DNA of 64,000 nucleotides from an uncultured Gammaproteobacteria bacterium (lineage in GTDB: Bacteria > Pseudomonadota > Gammaproteobacteria > DSM-16500), in NCBI GenBank assembly GCA_963785295.1, contig CAWAUT010000001.1:462393-526392 (forward strand), read 5' to 3'. Below, in pieces: positions 22,569-32,595 of the stretch. The notes under the pieces were generated by a model that was not told where the DNA came from, ran no database searches, and saw nothing but the letters and a program-made list of their open reading frames with translations. The position numbers and the translations under genes are program-made. Position 1 is the stretch's first letter. The number at the start of each line of letters is the position of its first letter.

Positions 22569-23201
22569 TTATTTTGTGATCAATTCTCCCGCTAGTTCTT
22601 CAATCAAGCGACGATATTTTGCCGATTGGCGCTTTTCTTTCATGCGGCCGGCTTCAATAATCATTTTTAATTCGCTGACTGCCTGAGAAAAACTGTCATT
22701 GACGACAAGATATTCAAATTCATGTGCGTGGGCCACTGTCTCGCGGGCATCTGCAAGTCGGGTTTTAATGACTTCTGGATGGTCTTGATTACGGGTGACA
22801 AGACGTTCGTGCAAGGTTTCCAGTGACGGTGGGAGAATAAAAATGCCAATCGCGTCTGGAAATAATTGTTTGATTTGCCGATTACCTTGCCAATCAATTT
22901 CCAGGATAACATCAATGCCTTTCGCCAATGTTTGTTCAACCCAGCTTTTTGACGTGCCATAAAGATTATTAAAAATGGTCGCATATTCCATAAAGTCGCC
23001 TTTAGTTAACATACGCTCAAATTCATCTTTATCCACAAAATAATAATTGAGACCATGAATCTCGTTTGGTCTTTTTGGGCGGGTGGTATATGAAACCGAG
23101 ACAGTGATATTTGTAGTGGATTCTACCAGAGCGTGGACCAGCGTCGTTTTACCAGTTCCAGATGGCGCGGCAATGACATATAAGTTGCCGTGATCACTCA
23201 T
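22569..23201 (-). CDS. gmk: Guanylate kinase
   Basis: APSGTGKT, SYTTRPKRPNE, NLYGTS, LEIDWQG. Confidence 0.97.
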   Translation of the reverse strand: MSDHGNLYVIAAPSGTGKTTLVHALVESTTNITVSVSYTTRPKRPNEIHGLNYYFVDKDEFERMLTKGDFMEYATIFNNLYGTSKSWVEQTLAKGIDVILEIDWQGNRQIKQLFPDAIGIFILPPSLETLHERLVTRNQDHPEVIKTRLADARETVAHAHEFEYLVVNDSFSQAVSELKMIIEAGRMKEKRQSAKYRRLIEELAGELITK

Positions 23202-24670
23202 TATTGTGTCTCCCCGTCGAATACATGCGTAGTGTGATGGTCTTTTAATTTATTAATTATGGTCGTGCTGGAATTGATTTTTTCACCCAGAATTCTGATT
23301 TCGCCGCCATAAGAGCGAACGATATCAGCGCCGACAATTTCATCCATGCTGTATTCGCCGCCTTTCGCCAGCAGGTCTGGTTTAAGTAATCGCAGCAGCC
23401 GTTCAGGCGTGTCATCCGCGAAGGGGACAACCCAGTCGACTACGCCGAGACCGGCGAGCACAATCATACGGTGTTCCAGGTTGTTAATGGGGCGTTCCGG
23501 GCCTTTTAATTTGCTGACTGATTCATCAGTATTCACGGCAACAATTAAGTAATCACCTAATTGACGTGCCAGTTGTAAACAAGTGACATGGCCGGCATGC
23601 AGGATGTCGAAGCAGCCATTGGTAAATACTACTTTCTTGCCTTGCGCACGCGCTTCATTCACAGCGCGTAGCAATTGATCTTCATTAACAATGCCAGTGA
23701 CAAAGCTGGTTTTTCTGGTCAGCGCGACTTCCAGTTCAGGTGTGCTGACGGTTGCGGCTCCAAGCTTGCTAACAGCAATACTGGCGGCCAGATTAGCGAG
23801 CGAAGTTGCTTCTTGCACAGATACACCGGCCGCCACTGCGGTTCCTAATGTACTAATAACGGTATCGCCAGCACCGGTCACATCAAGGACTTCGCGTGCA
23901 TAAGCGGGCAGATGTAAACAATCATCCCGCGTGATCAGCGTCATGCCGTCTTCACCGCGTGTGATCAGCAATGTTTCGATATCATGGCTGTCCAAAAGAC
24001 CGCGGCCTTTATCAAGGATTTCCTGTTCATTGTGGCAAGTGCCTACAATGGCTTCAAATTCCTTGAAATTGGGGGTGAGAATATTGGCATGCTGATAAAT
24101 ACTGAAATCCGTTCCTTTCGGATCGACTAATACCGGAACTTTGGCTTCACGCGCCAGTTTGATCAGGGTTTTAGGATCAGATAATGTGCCTTTATTGTAA
24201 TCTGACAAAATGACCAGTTTGGCTTGAGATAAATGGTTTTTATAACGTTGCAGTAACACATCTTTGTTTATCGCAGTGAATTTTTCTTCGAAATCCATGC
24301 GCAGTAATTGCTGATGACGGCTGATGACCCGCAGTTTAATGATAGTCGGGACATGATCGTTGCGATAAAGCTCGTGATTAACAGCAGCAGCGTTTAGCTG
24401 GTTGTCCAGGATAGAGGCGGCTTCATCATTGCCGGTAATGCCTAGCAGGGTAACAGATGCGCCCAGCGCGGCAATATTCAATGCGACATTGGCTGCGCCA
24501 CCAGGACGGTTATCATTGCCATTAATTTTAACAATAGGAACAGGGGCTTCCGGAGATACCCGTGAGGTATCACCAAACCAGTAGCGATCCAGCATAACAT
24601 CGCCTATAACTAGGACTGAGGCTGCGCTGAAATCAGGCAATGTTTTGGGTTGAGAAGACTGCATGAGCAT
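23201..24670 (-). CDS. hldE: Bifunctional heptose 7-phosphate kinase / heptose 1-phosphate adenylyltransferase
   Basis: GDVMLDRYW, SPEAPVP, DVTGAGD, FTNGCFDILHAGH. Confidence 0.97.
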   Translation of the reverse strand: MLMQSSQPKTLPDFSAASVLVIGDVMLDRYWFGDTSRVSPEAPVPIVKINGNDNRPGGAANVALNIAALGASVTLLGITGNDEAASILDNQLNAAAVNHELYRNDHVPTIIKLRVISRHQQLLRMDFEEKFTAINKDVLLQRYKNHLSQAKLVILSDYNKGTLSDPKTLIKLAREAKVPVLVDPKGTDFSIYQHANILTPNFKEFEAIVGTCHNEQEILDKGRGLLDSHDIETLLITRGEDGMTLITRDDCLHLPAYAREVLDVTGAGDTVISTLGTAVAAGVSVQEATSLANLAASIAVSKLGAATVSTPELEVALTRKTSFVTGIVNEDQLLRAVNEARAQGKKVVFTNGCFDILHAGHVTCLQLARQLGDYLIVAVNTDESVSKLKGPERPINNLEHRMIVLAGLGVVDWVVPFADDTPERLLRLLKPDLLAKGGEYSMDEIVGADIVRSYGGEIRILGEKINSSTTIINKLKDHHTTHVFDGETQ

Positions 24671-24828
24671 CCTGATTGTTAATTAAATTTGCGAGATTCT
24701 ATCATTTATGACCAGCATGGGTAAAATAGTTGTTGCTGCCGCGGGCTTAAGACTTGAAAAAAAAGGCGCTATCCAGCAACATATGCGGTCAAAATTTTAT
24801 TACTATTCAGGTCGAGGGTGTTGCTAAA

Positions 24829-26085
24829 GTGCGCTATATTTATAGTTTTTTCTTCTACTTAGCCATTCCTTTCTTATTTATACGCCTTTTGTGGCGGTCT
24901 CGCCGTCAGCCTGAATATCGTCAACGTATGGGTGAGCGTCTGGGCTTTTACCCGGTCAGATTAAAGCAAAGTATATGGGTGCATGCTGTTTCTGTGGGTG
25001 AGGTGCTGGCCGCTATACCGTTGATTAAGGCATTAAAATCCCGCTATCCCGACCGACCCTTAGTGATAACCACCATGACGCCAACTGGCGCTGCGCGAGT
25101 GATCACCGCATTCAATCATGGCGTCACTCATGCTTATATTCCTTATGATTTTCCTGGCGCAGTATCAAGATTTTTAACCGCCATGGATCCGAAGATTGCC
25201 ATTATTATGGAAACCGAGCTGTGGCCGAATCTGTTACATGGTTGCCATCAGAAAAAAATCCCTGTTTGTTTAGTGAATGCACGTCTTTCAGAAAAATCCG
25301 CGCATGGTTATCACCGTATCGCTGCGATGACACGCGAGATGCTGCATAACATTGATAAAATCGCGGCGCATGGCAAACCAGACGCTGATCGTTTTATCGC
25401 TTTAGGTGCGCCAGCAGATCGTGTCAGTGTGACGGGAAATATTAAATTTGATATTGAATTACCCGCTGATTTATTTACTCGCAGCAGCGCATTACGACAG
25501 GAATTAGGTAAAGATCGTTTTATCTGGGTCGCTGCAAGTACGCATGAAGGCGAAGAAGAAATTATTTTAGCCGCGCATAAAAAATTACGTGAAGTTAATC
25601 CAACTGCATTATTGATTTTAGTGCCACGTCATCCAAATCGTTTTGATGCGATTGCAAAATTGTGCGAACAATCATTTGTCACCGCGCGTCGTAGTTTTCT
25701 GCAAACGTGTCAGCCAGAAACAGGGGTTTATCTCGGTGATACCATGGGTGAGTTGTTAATCATGTATGGCGCTTGTGATGTCGCGTTTATAGCTGGCAGT
25801 TTGATTCCACGCGGTGGTCATAACATGCTTGAAGCCGGTGCTTTAGGCAAACCTATTTTGACTGGCCCGCATTTATTTAATTTCGCTGAAATAAGTGAGA
25901 TGTTTGTGAATGCGAAAGCAATGACGATTGTGCAGGATGCCGATTCATTAGCGGCGCAATTGGTTTATCTCATGCAACATGTAGATGAACGCAATGCGAT
26001 GGGCGAGCGTAGTTTGCAAGTGGTGACAGCAAATCGTGGCGCGTTGGCAAAGCAGATGGAAATCATCGGCGAATATTTGAATTAA
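24829..26085 (+). CDS. waaA: Kdo transferase
   Basis: IWVHAVSVGE, ETELWPN, AASTHEGEE, VPRHP, GGHN. Confidence 0.97.
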   Translation: MRYIYSFFFYLAIPFLFIRLLWRSRRQPEYRQRMGERLGFYPVRLKQSIWVHAVSVGEVLAAIPLIKALKSRYPDRPLVITTMTPTGAARVITAFNHGVTHAYIPYDFPGAVSRFLTAMDPKIAIIMETELWPNLLHGCHQKKIPVCLVNARLSEKSAHGYHRIAAMTREMLHNIDKIAAHGKPDADRFIALGAPADRVSVTGNIKFDIELPADLFTRSSALRQELGKDRFIWVAASTHEGEEEIILAAHKKLREVNPTALLILVPRHPNRFDAIAKLCEQSFVTARRSFLQTCQPETGVYLGDTMGELLIMYGACDVAFIAGSLIPRGGHNMLEAGALGKPILTGPHLFNFAEISEMFVNAKAMTIVQDADSLAAQLVYLMQHVDERNAMGERSLQVVTANRGALAKQMEIIGEYLN

Positions 26086-26105
26086 GTAGTGAAGCTTAAA
26101 GTTTT

Positions 26106-26570
26106 TTATGCAGCTTTAGCTTTACTATTATCTTTTTTATCATCTCTACCTCTTATAAATGCTGTTACTATTGATGCTAATGCAGCAATACTAATAAATC
26201 CTCCGGTTAATGGGCTGCCGTGAGTCGCGACATAGGAGCCGCTAATGATAAATCCAAAAGTTATTAGCAATGCTGAAAATTGCCCTATTTTTGCTTCGCA
26301 ATCCCTTCTGCGCTGGTGAAATATTTCTGCATTTAATCGGCTAGTATCATTTTGCAAAACAATTTTTTCGCATTCTTGTCTATGATTAGATTGTGTTTCA
26401 GCCATTGTCATAATGCGGTTAGCTAATCCAGGCAATATGGTTTCATATTTTTGTAATTCACTCGCTGGAGGAATGGGGCCCGCATATAATTGTTTCGTCA
26501 CCACCGGAGGATTGCTATGAAGTTGTCGCACATTTTCAGATGGTGAAGGGGGAGGATTTTTTTTAGGCAT
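26106..26570 (-). CDS. DUF2335-like membrane protein
   Basis: YAGPIPPASELQKYETILPGLANRIMTMAETQSNHRQ followed by two TM helices. Confidence 0.75.
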   Translation of the reverse strand: MPKKNPPPSPSENVRQLHSNPPVVTKQLYAGPIPPASELQKYETILPGLANRIMTMAETQSNHRQECEKIVLQNDTSRLNAEIFHQRRRDCEAKIGQFSALLITFGFIISGSYVATHGSPLTGGFISIAALASIVTAFIRGRDDKKDNSKAKAA

Positions 26571-26573
26571 TAT

Positions 26574-26768
26574 TTACACTTTCATTTTAGATATTTCAGA
26601 TGAACAAGAATCCATTGCAAAGCCAATATCATTACCTATTTGTTCCCAGTCACTTTTGAGAGCTTCCTCATCATTGAGAAAAAATGGACTAGATGAGAAA
26701 GACGGTTTTTTTCTTTCTTGTGGAAATAAATCAAATATTGTACTCATGCCTCTTAAAAAATCTTTCAT
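26574..26768 (-). CDS. Small hypothetical protein, partner of the DUF2335-like gene
   Basis: FLRGMSTIFDLFP..DEEALKSDWEQIGNDI; 3 nt from the next start. Confidence 0.65.
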   Translation of the reverse strand: MKDFLRGMSTIFDLFPQERKKPSFSSSPFFLNDEEALKSDWEQIGNDIGFAMDSCSSEISKMKV

Positions 26769-26854
26769 GATATCATCCTGGTCTGGTGCGGTTGTATTTT
26801 CATTTTAGCAGATGTTAATGATATTTTTCCAATTTGGCTACACCAATTCCTAAA

Positions 26855-27541
26855 TTAGGATATCTCTTTCAACGTTCGCTGTATAAATTGCAAATCCACA
26901 AACGCTTTTTTCTTATCCGCAGGATTACGCAGTAAATAAGCTGGATGATAAGTCACAATCAATGGTGTTTTATCTTCGCCGTATTGATGAGTTTTACCAC
27001 GCAGCGATTCCAGTGAGTTTTTAGTCTGCAATAAATAATGCGCTGAAATTCTTCCAACCGCAGCGAGTAATTGCGGTTTAATTAATTTAATTTGTTGCGT
27101 GAGATAACGCGTACACAAATTGACTTCTTCTGGTAAAGGATCGCGATTATTAGGTGGGCGGCATTTCAGAATATTGGCGATATAAACATCTTCGCGTTGA
27201 AAACCCATCGTCTTAATCATGGCTGTTAACAATTGCCCAGCACGACCAACAAATGGTTCGCCTTGCTCGTCTTCGTGAAATCCAGGTGCTTCTCCAATGA
27301 ACATCAATTTGGCATTGCGATTACCTACGCCGAATACAGTTTGCGTGCGTGTGCTGTGCAAACCGCAAGCGGTGCAACCCGCAACAGCTTGCTGCAATGG
27401 CTCCCAATCGCCAGGAGTTGCTTCAATAGTTGCCACAGTTTGTTGTGGCTGATGCTCTTCTATTTCCACAGGCGCGGCAAATCGATAATGCCATGGCATT
27501 ATTTCTAACTCGCGTAAATAACTGGCCTTACGATTGTCCAT
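26855..27541 (-). CDS. Uracil-DNA glycosylase, family 4 (Fe-S)
   Basis: [40 protein letters not shown]. Confidence 0.95.
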   Translation of the reverse strand: MDNRKASYLRELEIMPWHYRFAAPVEIEEHQPQQTVATIEATPGDWEPLQQAVAGCTACGLHSTRTQTVFGVGNRNAKLMFIGEAPGFHEDEQGEPFVGRAGQLLTAMIKTMGFQREDVYIANILKCRPPNNRDPLPEEVNLCTRYLTQQIKLIKPQLLAAVGRISAHYLLQTKNSLESLRGKTHQYGEDKTPLIVTYHPAYLLRNPADKKKAFVDLQFIQRTLKEIS

Positions 27542-27607
27542 GATTTTCTCATTGGTCTGGTAATAATGGTCATTTTGGCGTTAATACAGGAATGAAGCAA
27601 CAGGCGG

Positions 27608-29317
27608 TCAAATCTTTTTGTAAGGATAATATTTCGGTTCCCAAACAATACGTTTAATGATGTCTTTGAGATTAGCATTGGCCGGCACTTGTGCGAGACC
27701 TTCTTCTCTTGCTTGTTCCGCGACAGCGAGTGCGACATTAAAACTAACCATTTTTGCTTCCGACAGTTTTGGCAATAAAGAAGCTGTTTTATCGTGATAC
27801 ACAGGTGAGCACTTACTCAATGCATTGGTAGCAGCCCATAACATTTCATCAGAGACATGTTTGGCTTTCACAGCAATCGCGCCTAATCCTATGCCAGGGT
27901 AGGCTAGCGCATTATTGCTTTGCGCAATCCGATGCCAGCGGTTTTCATACAATATTTCTGGAAATGGACTGCCGGTGGCAATTAATGCTTTACCTTTGGT
28001 CCATCTCAATAAATCTTCCGGATTGGCTTCAACCAGCGATGTTGGATTAGATAATGGCATGATAATAGGACGCTCAACGTATTTTGCCATTTCTTGTACG
28101 ATTTCCTCATTGAATGCACCGGATGCAGTGGAACAGCCAATCAAAATGGTTGGGCGTATATTGGATACAGTATCAAATAAATCAATGCGATTGGCATCGC
28201 GCAATTTCCATTGTTTAATTTCTTCTGATTTACGCGCGTAAGATTTCTGAAATGGAATTAGCTGAGATTCTTCCGTCAGCAATCCTGATTTATCCACTAA
28301 CCAGAAGCGAGCCAATGCGTCAGCTTTACTCATGCCACCATGTTGTAATGCAGAACAAATCTGATCAGCAATACCAACACCCGCGGTACCAGCGCCAAGA
28401 ATAACAATACGATGATCTTCTAGCGGAATTCCACTCGCAACAATACCAGCTAAAACACTGGCGAGTGCGACAACGCCGGTTCCCTGCATATCACCATTAA
28501 ACGTGCATATTTTGTTACGGTATCTGCTTAATATTTTGCGCGCATTGTCACGGCCAAGATCTTCCCAATGCAAATAAACATTAGGAAATTTCTTGGTGAT
28601 AGCAGTCACAAACATATCGATAAAGTCGTAATATTGCTGGCCGCTGATGCGTTCGTGTCGCCAGCCCAGATACATAGGGTCATTAAGCAAGTGTTCGTTA
28701 TTGGTGCCCGTATCCAGCTGTATAGGTAAAAAGCGATGTGGGCTGAGACCGCCACACAAGGTGTAAACCATTAATTTTGCGATAGAAATATTAATGCCGC
28801 CTATACCCTGATCGCCAATTCCCAGCACTGCTTCACCATCGGTGACGACAGATAATTCAACAATCGGTGGCACGCGGTATTCTAATATTTTATCGATTTT
28901 GTCCCGGTCGTTATAACTTATGTACATGCCTTTGGCTTTGCGGTGTTCCATACTGAAACGTTGCACGGCTTCCCCTACTGTGGGGGTGTAAATAATAGGC
29001 AGCATTTCTTCTAAATGTTGGCTGACCAGTTTATAAAACAGGGTTTCGTTGTAGTCATATAAAACGTTCAGATAAATGTTTTTGCCCAGGCAGGTGTGAT
29101 GTTCATTGTATTGCATGTACATGCGTGCCACTTGCTGCTCTAGTGTTTCAACCTGGGAAGGCAGTAGTCCGGTTAGCTTGAATTGCTCGCGTTCTTCGAG
29201 AGTGAATGCGCAGCCTTTGTTCAGTTTTGAGGTTCTAAGCAGGTTATTGCCGGTCAAGGAAGTGGCAATATGACGGATATCCCCGTTCTTTTTGCGTATA
29301 ATTTTGTATTTATACAT
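27608..29317 (-). CDS. maeA: NAD-dependent malic enzyme
   Basis: NETLFY, PIIYTPTVG, LGIGDQG, GAGTAG, LSNPT, IAQSNN. Confidence 0.93.
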   Translation of the reverse strand: MYKYKIIRKKNGDIRHIATSLTGNNLLRTSKLNKGCAFTLEEREQFKLTGLLPSQVETLEQQVARMYMQYNEHHTCLGKNIYLNVLYDYNETLFYKLVSQHLEEMLPIIYTPTVGEAVQRFSMEHRKAKGMYISYNDRDKIDKILEYRVPPIVELSVVTDGEAVLGIGDQGIGGINISIAKLMVYTLCGGLSPHRFLPIQLDTGTNNEHLLNDPMYLGWRHERISGQQYYDFIDMFVTAITKKFPNVYLHWEDLGRDNARKILSRYRNKICTFNGDMQGTGVVALASVLAGIVASGIPLEDHRIVILGAGTAGVGIADQICSALQHGGMSKADALARFWLVDKSGLLTEESQLIPFQKSYARKSEEIKQWKLRDANRIDLFDTVSNIRPTILIGCSTASGAFNEEIVQEMAKYVERPIIMPLSNPTSLVEANPEDLLRWTKGKALIATGSPFPEILYENRWHRIAQSNNALAYPGIGLGAIAVKAKHVSDEMLWAATNALSKCSPVYHDKTASLLPKLSEAKMVSFNVALAVAEQAREEGLAQVPANANLKDIIKRIVWEPKYYPYKKI

Positions 29318-29423
29318 AAGGATAGCTCTCGTGAACGGCTTCTTATCAGGAATCCCATGCGAGTCTTAGCCTATTATATCGTATAATAAACCAACACGTA
29401 GCATTGACAGTGAGAAAGCATAG

Positions 29424-29906
29424 ATGAAGAATATCGCCGTGTACGCTGGCACCTTTGATCCGATCACGTTCGGCCATATAGATTTAATCGAGCGCGCGGC
29501 AAATATATTTGATCAGATAATCGTTGCTGTCGCGGTAAATTCGAATAAAAAACCGCTTTTTTCCCTGGAAGAACGCGTGAGTATGACCAAGGAAGTGCTG
29601 AGCGAATATCCCAATGTGCGGGTTTTGGGTTTCGATTCGCTGTTGTTAGATTTTGCCAGACAACACAAAGCTAATGTAATATTGCGTGGCTTACGCACGG
29701 TCACGGATTTTGATTATGAATTTCAGCTGGCGAGCATGAATCGTCATTTGAATCACGATATTGAAAGTATTTTTTTAATGCCAGCAGAAAATTTTATGTA
29801 TATTTCTTCTAGTCTGGTGCGTGAAGTGGCGCTGCTTGGCGGCGATGTCACCGGACTTGTTCCTGAAGTGATAGTGCAAGCATTACAAAATAAGCGTCAA
29901 AAATGA
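29424..29906 (+). CDS. coaD: Phosphopantetheine adenylyltransferase
   Basis: GTFDPITFGH, RGLR..DFDYE, ISSSLVRE. Confidence 0.97.
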   Translation: MKNIAVYAGTFDPITFGHIDLIERAANIFDQIIVAVAVNSNKKPLFSLEERVSMTKEVLSEYPNVRVLGFDSLLLDFARQHKANVILRGLRTVTDFDYEFQLASMNRHLNHDIESIFLMPAENFMYISSSLVREVALLGGDVTGLVPEVIVQALQNKRQK

Positions 29907-29915
29907 GAGTGGTAA

Positions 29916-30170
<255 letters not shown>

Positions 30171-30186
30171 GCTCTTATTAAAAAAG

Positions 30187-30627
30187 CTATAAAAACGGCG
30201 CGTACCAGATTCGCAGCGTTTCTTCTCCCAGATGATCATAAACATACGGCAGCATTTTTGCTGTTTCCGCTTCGGCTTCTTCTGCTGGTATTGGTAGATT
30301 TGCAAATACATCTGGCTGGTGATGCACATATTCACCGAAATAACGCTGACAAAATTCGCTGTAATCTTTCGTATGCAAAATAAACTCGTGCCATATTTCA
30401 TCAATTTCACGCATGGATTGCAGCATGACGCATCTGAACTGTAAACCTTCGTCGTCAGGATTATTTTTCTGGTCTAATGTATGTTTGTGTGCCAGCCATA
30501 AATACTTGAGAATTTCTCGCATGGCTATTTCGGCGGATAATTTATTATTAGGATAGTTGCGTTTATAAACTTCCATAGCGCGTGTGTGAGTGTATTGCAG
30601 TAATTCTTCTAAGTCGGGCAATTTCAT
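30187..30627 (-). CDS. Stand-alone GRDP/DUF1399-like protein (DxxWH...HHxP motif)
   Basis: EILKYLWL, IDEIWHEFILHTKDYSEFCQRYFGEYVHHQP; RBS AGGAG upstream. Confidence 0.75.
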   Translation of the reverse strand: MKLPDLEELLQYTHTRAMEVYKRNYPNNKLSAEIAMREILKYLWLAHKHTLDQKNNPDDEGLQFRCVMLQSMREIDEIWHEFILHTKDYSEFCQRYFGEYVHHQPDVFANLPIPAEEAEAETAKMLPYVYDHLGEETLRIWYAPFL

Positions 30628-30665
30628 GGTTTTCTCCTGTGTGCGTTCAGTGATGAGTCAGTCAA

Positions 30666-30701
30666 ACCGGATAACAACATCCCGCCAGAGCATTATCCGG
30701 T
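30666..30701 (-). promoter_or_regulatory. Intercistronic stem-loop between the peptide gene and the GRDP-like gene
   Basis: ACCGGATAA-N18-TTATCCGGT perfect 9-bp inverted repeat. Confidence 0.55.
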
Positions 30702-30716
30702 CTGCCGATTATTCAC

Positions 30717-30806
30717 TTAGTGAATGAATGCACATTTACGGCGTGCATCGCAAACAGAAGCGTTTTTCATGCCATTTAAGATTTGGCTGATTAATGCGTC
30801 TTTCAT
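30717..30806 (-). CDS. 29-aa two-cysteine peptide (below ORF-track cutoff)
   Basis: MKDALISQILNGMKNASVCDARRKCAFIH*; TAAGGAG RBS 7 nt upstream of ATG. Confidence 0.7.
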   Translation of the reverse strand: MKDALISQILNGMKNASVCDARRKCAFIH

Positions 30807-30951
30807 GTGATTTCTCCTTAGTCATTGATTAATTTGAACTCGCCGTTGCGAACGATTCGTAACGCGATAGGACATATTCATCGTAGATAAGAAATGGGGA
30901 ATGAACAATAAAGCTGGGTGTATGGGTATGATAGGTATTTCTAATATCACC

Positions 30952-31062
30952 TCACCCATGGTGGATTACGGCAAAAGGCACCTAATCCACCCTACAGCTT
31001 CGTTCATACTTGGTGTGCGTAGGGTGGATTAGGCGCCTTTTGCCGTAATCCACCATGGGTGA
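30952..31062. repeat. GTAG-type REP doublet (REPIN-like), copy 1
   Basis: 44-bp inverted arms with one mismatch, containing GTAGGGTGGATTAGGCG..TGCCGTAATCCACC; 23-nt spacer. Confidence 0.9.
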
Positions 31063-31068
31063 TATATA

Positions 31069-32508
31069 TTATTTATGGTGATGCTTTTTTCTCATCAACG
31101 ACGTATCTCGCATCGGCGCATGCGTCCTCTCAATCAACCATGTATTCACCGCGCGCAAGTCATCGTAACTTAATGTTCCAGCAGCTTGTTTCAACGTCAA
31201 AATATTTGTCACAAACGCATAGCGATCAGTCGCATACTGTGTCTGTGCTTTATAAACATTCTGCTGCTGATTTAACACGTCCACTAATGTTTCCGTTCCC
31301 ACGCGATAACTCGCTTCCAATCCATTCAGCGAACTGATAGTGGATTTAATAGCTTCGTTATCTGCTTTAATTTGGCTGATACCAGAAATAATACTGTTGT
31401 AACTTTGTCGTGTGGTGTTAATAGTGCTGCGTATTGTTTGTTCTAGCTGCTGCTGAGCAACTTCAAAATTGTATTTAGCCTGATAGGTATTTGCAACCAC
31501 GCCGCCACCAGCCAAAATCGGCAAATTCAGATTAAGCGTTACTTGTCGGTCAGACTGTGTACCAGGTCCATTCATATCATCAAACGATCTATAATCATTA
31601 ATACTGTCCGTGTATTGTCGTATCGATTGCACTTGTACGTTCGCAGTAGGCAAATTGCCAGCGAATTGCTGATAAATAACTCGTCGCGCCGCGTCAACGC
31701 CATACTGAAAAGATTTGATCGACCAGTTTTGCATTAAAGATATTTTTACCCATTGCTCGACATCTGCTGGTTGCGGGCTGACAAGTGGGAATTCTTCGCT
31801 CAGGGTTGATAAATGTTCATAGTAAATGCCAGTGATCACGCGCAGATTTTCACGGTCATTCGTCAACGTTGTTTGCGCTTGAATATAATTGGCAAGCGCG
31901 GAATCATAAGATGCCTGCGCAGTATACACATCGGTAACGGTCTTCAATCCGACTTTATATTGCTGTTGCATTTGATCCAGCTGTTCTGAGAATGCCAGCT
32001 TGGATGCTTCACTGTAACTCAAGTTATCTTCGTCTTTGAGCACATTAAAATAAGCGGTAGAAACGCGAATCATCAGATTTTGTAATGAGGCGTTTAAAGT
32101 CGCATCAGCGCCTTTTGACAGCGAAACCTGTTGCGTGACGGTGGCAAACTCTGCAGCATTAAAAACTGTTTGTGTCAGTGTCAGGCTTAGCGTATACGAG
32201 CGCTGAGTTACATTACGTGGAAAGATGTTCCCTATGCCTACATTTGCCAAATAGCTGGAACCAGAATAACCAAGACGTGATACCGTAGGATTGGCTGACA
32301 ATGAGAGGCTAGGTAATATTGCGGCCAAGCTGATAGGCACACCAGTCTTGGTAGAAAGACGCTGGGCAATCGCTTGTTGAAAAACCGGGTCACTGACGAG
32401 CGCCTGTTGGTATACTTCCAGGAGGTCTGAAGCGTTAGCGGATAAATGCCACCCTGTCAGGGCGAGAGCTGTCATCATTATCAGTAAGGGTAAGGATTTT
32501 TTTTTCAT
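31069..32508 (-). CDS. tolC: TolC family outer membrane channel
   Basis: Signal peptide then DLLEVYQQAL..DP, YKVGL, YRVGTETLVDVLN. Confidence 0.93.
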   Translation of the reverse strand: MKKKSLPLLIMMTALALTGWHLSANASDLLEVYQQALVSDPVFQQAIAQRLSTKTGVPISLAAILPSLSLSANPTVSRLGYSGSSYLANVGIGNIFPRNVTQRSYTLSLTLTQTVFNAAEFATVTQQVSLSKGADATLNASLQNLMIRVSTAYFNVLKDEDNLSYSEASKLAFSEQLDQMQQQYKVGLKTVTDVYTAQASYDSALANYIQAQTTLTNDRENLRVITGIYYEHLSTLSEEFPLVSPQPADVEQWVKISLMQNWSIKSFQYGVDAARRVIYQQFAGNLPTANVQVQSIRQYTDSINDYRSFDDMNGPGTQSDRQVTLNLNLPILAGGGVVANTYQAKYNFEVAQQQLEQTIRSTINTTRQSYNSIISGISQIKADNEAIKSTISSLNGLEASYRVGTETLVDVLNQQQNVYKAQTQYATDRYAFVTNILTLKQAAGTLSYDDLRAVNTWLIERTHAPMRDTSLMRKKHHHK

Positions 32509-32595
32509 GGACGAGGCCTCGGAACGCTTTTTGGACATCAAAAGATACGAGTTTTATCGATTTAAAGCAAGTACACGGCTTAGATAGAGGTATAT

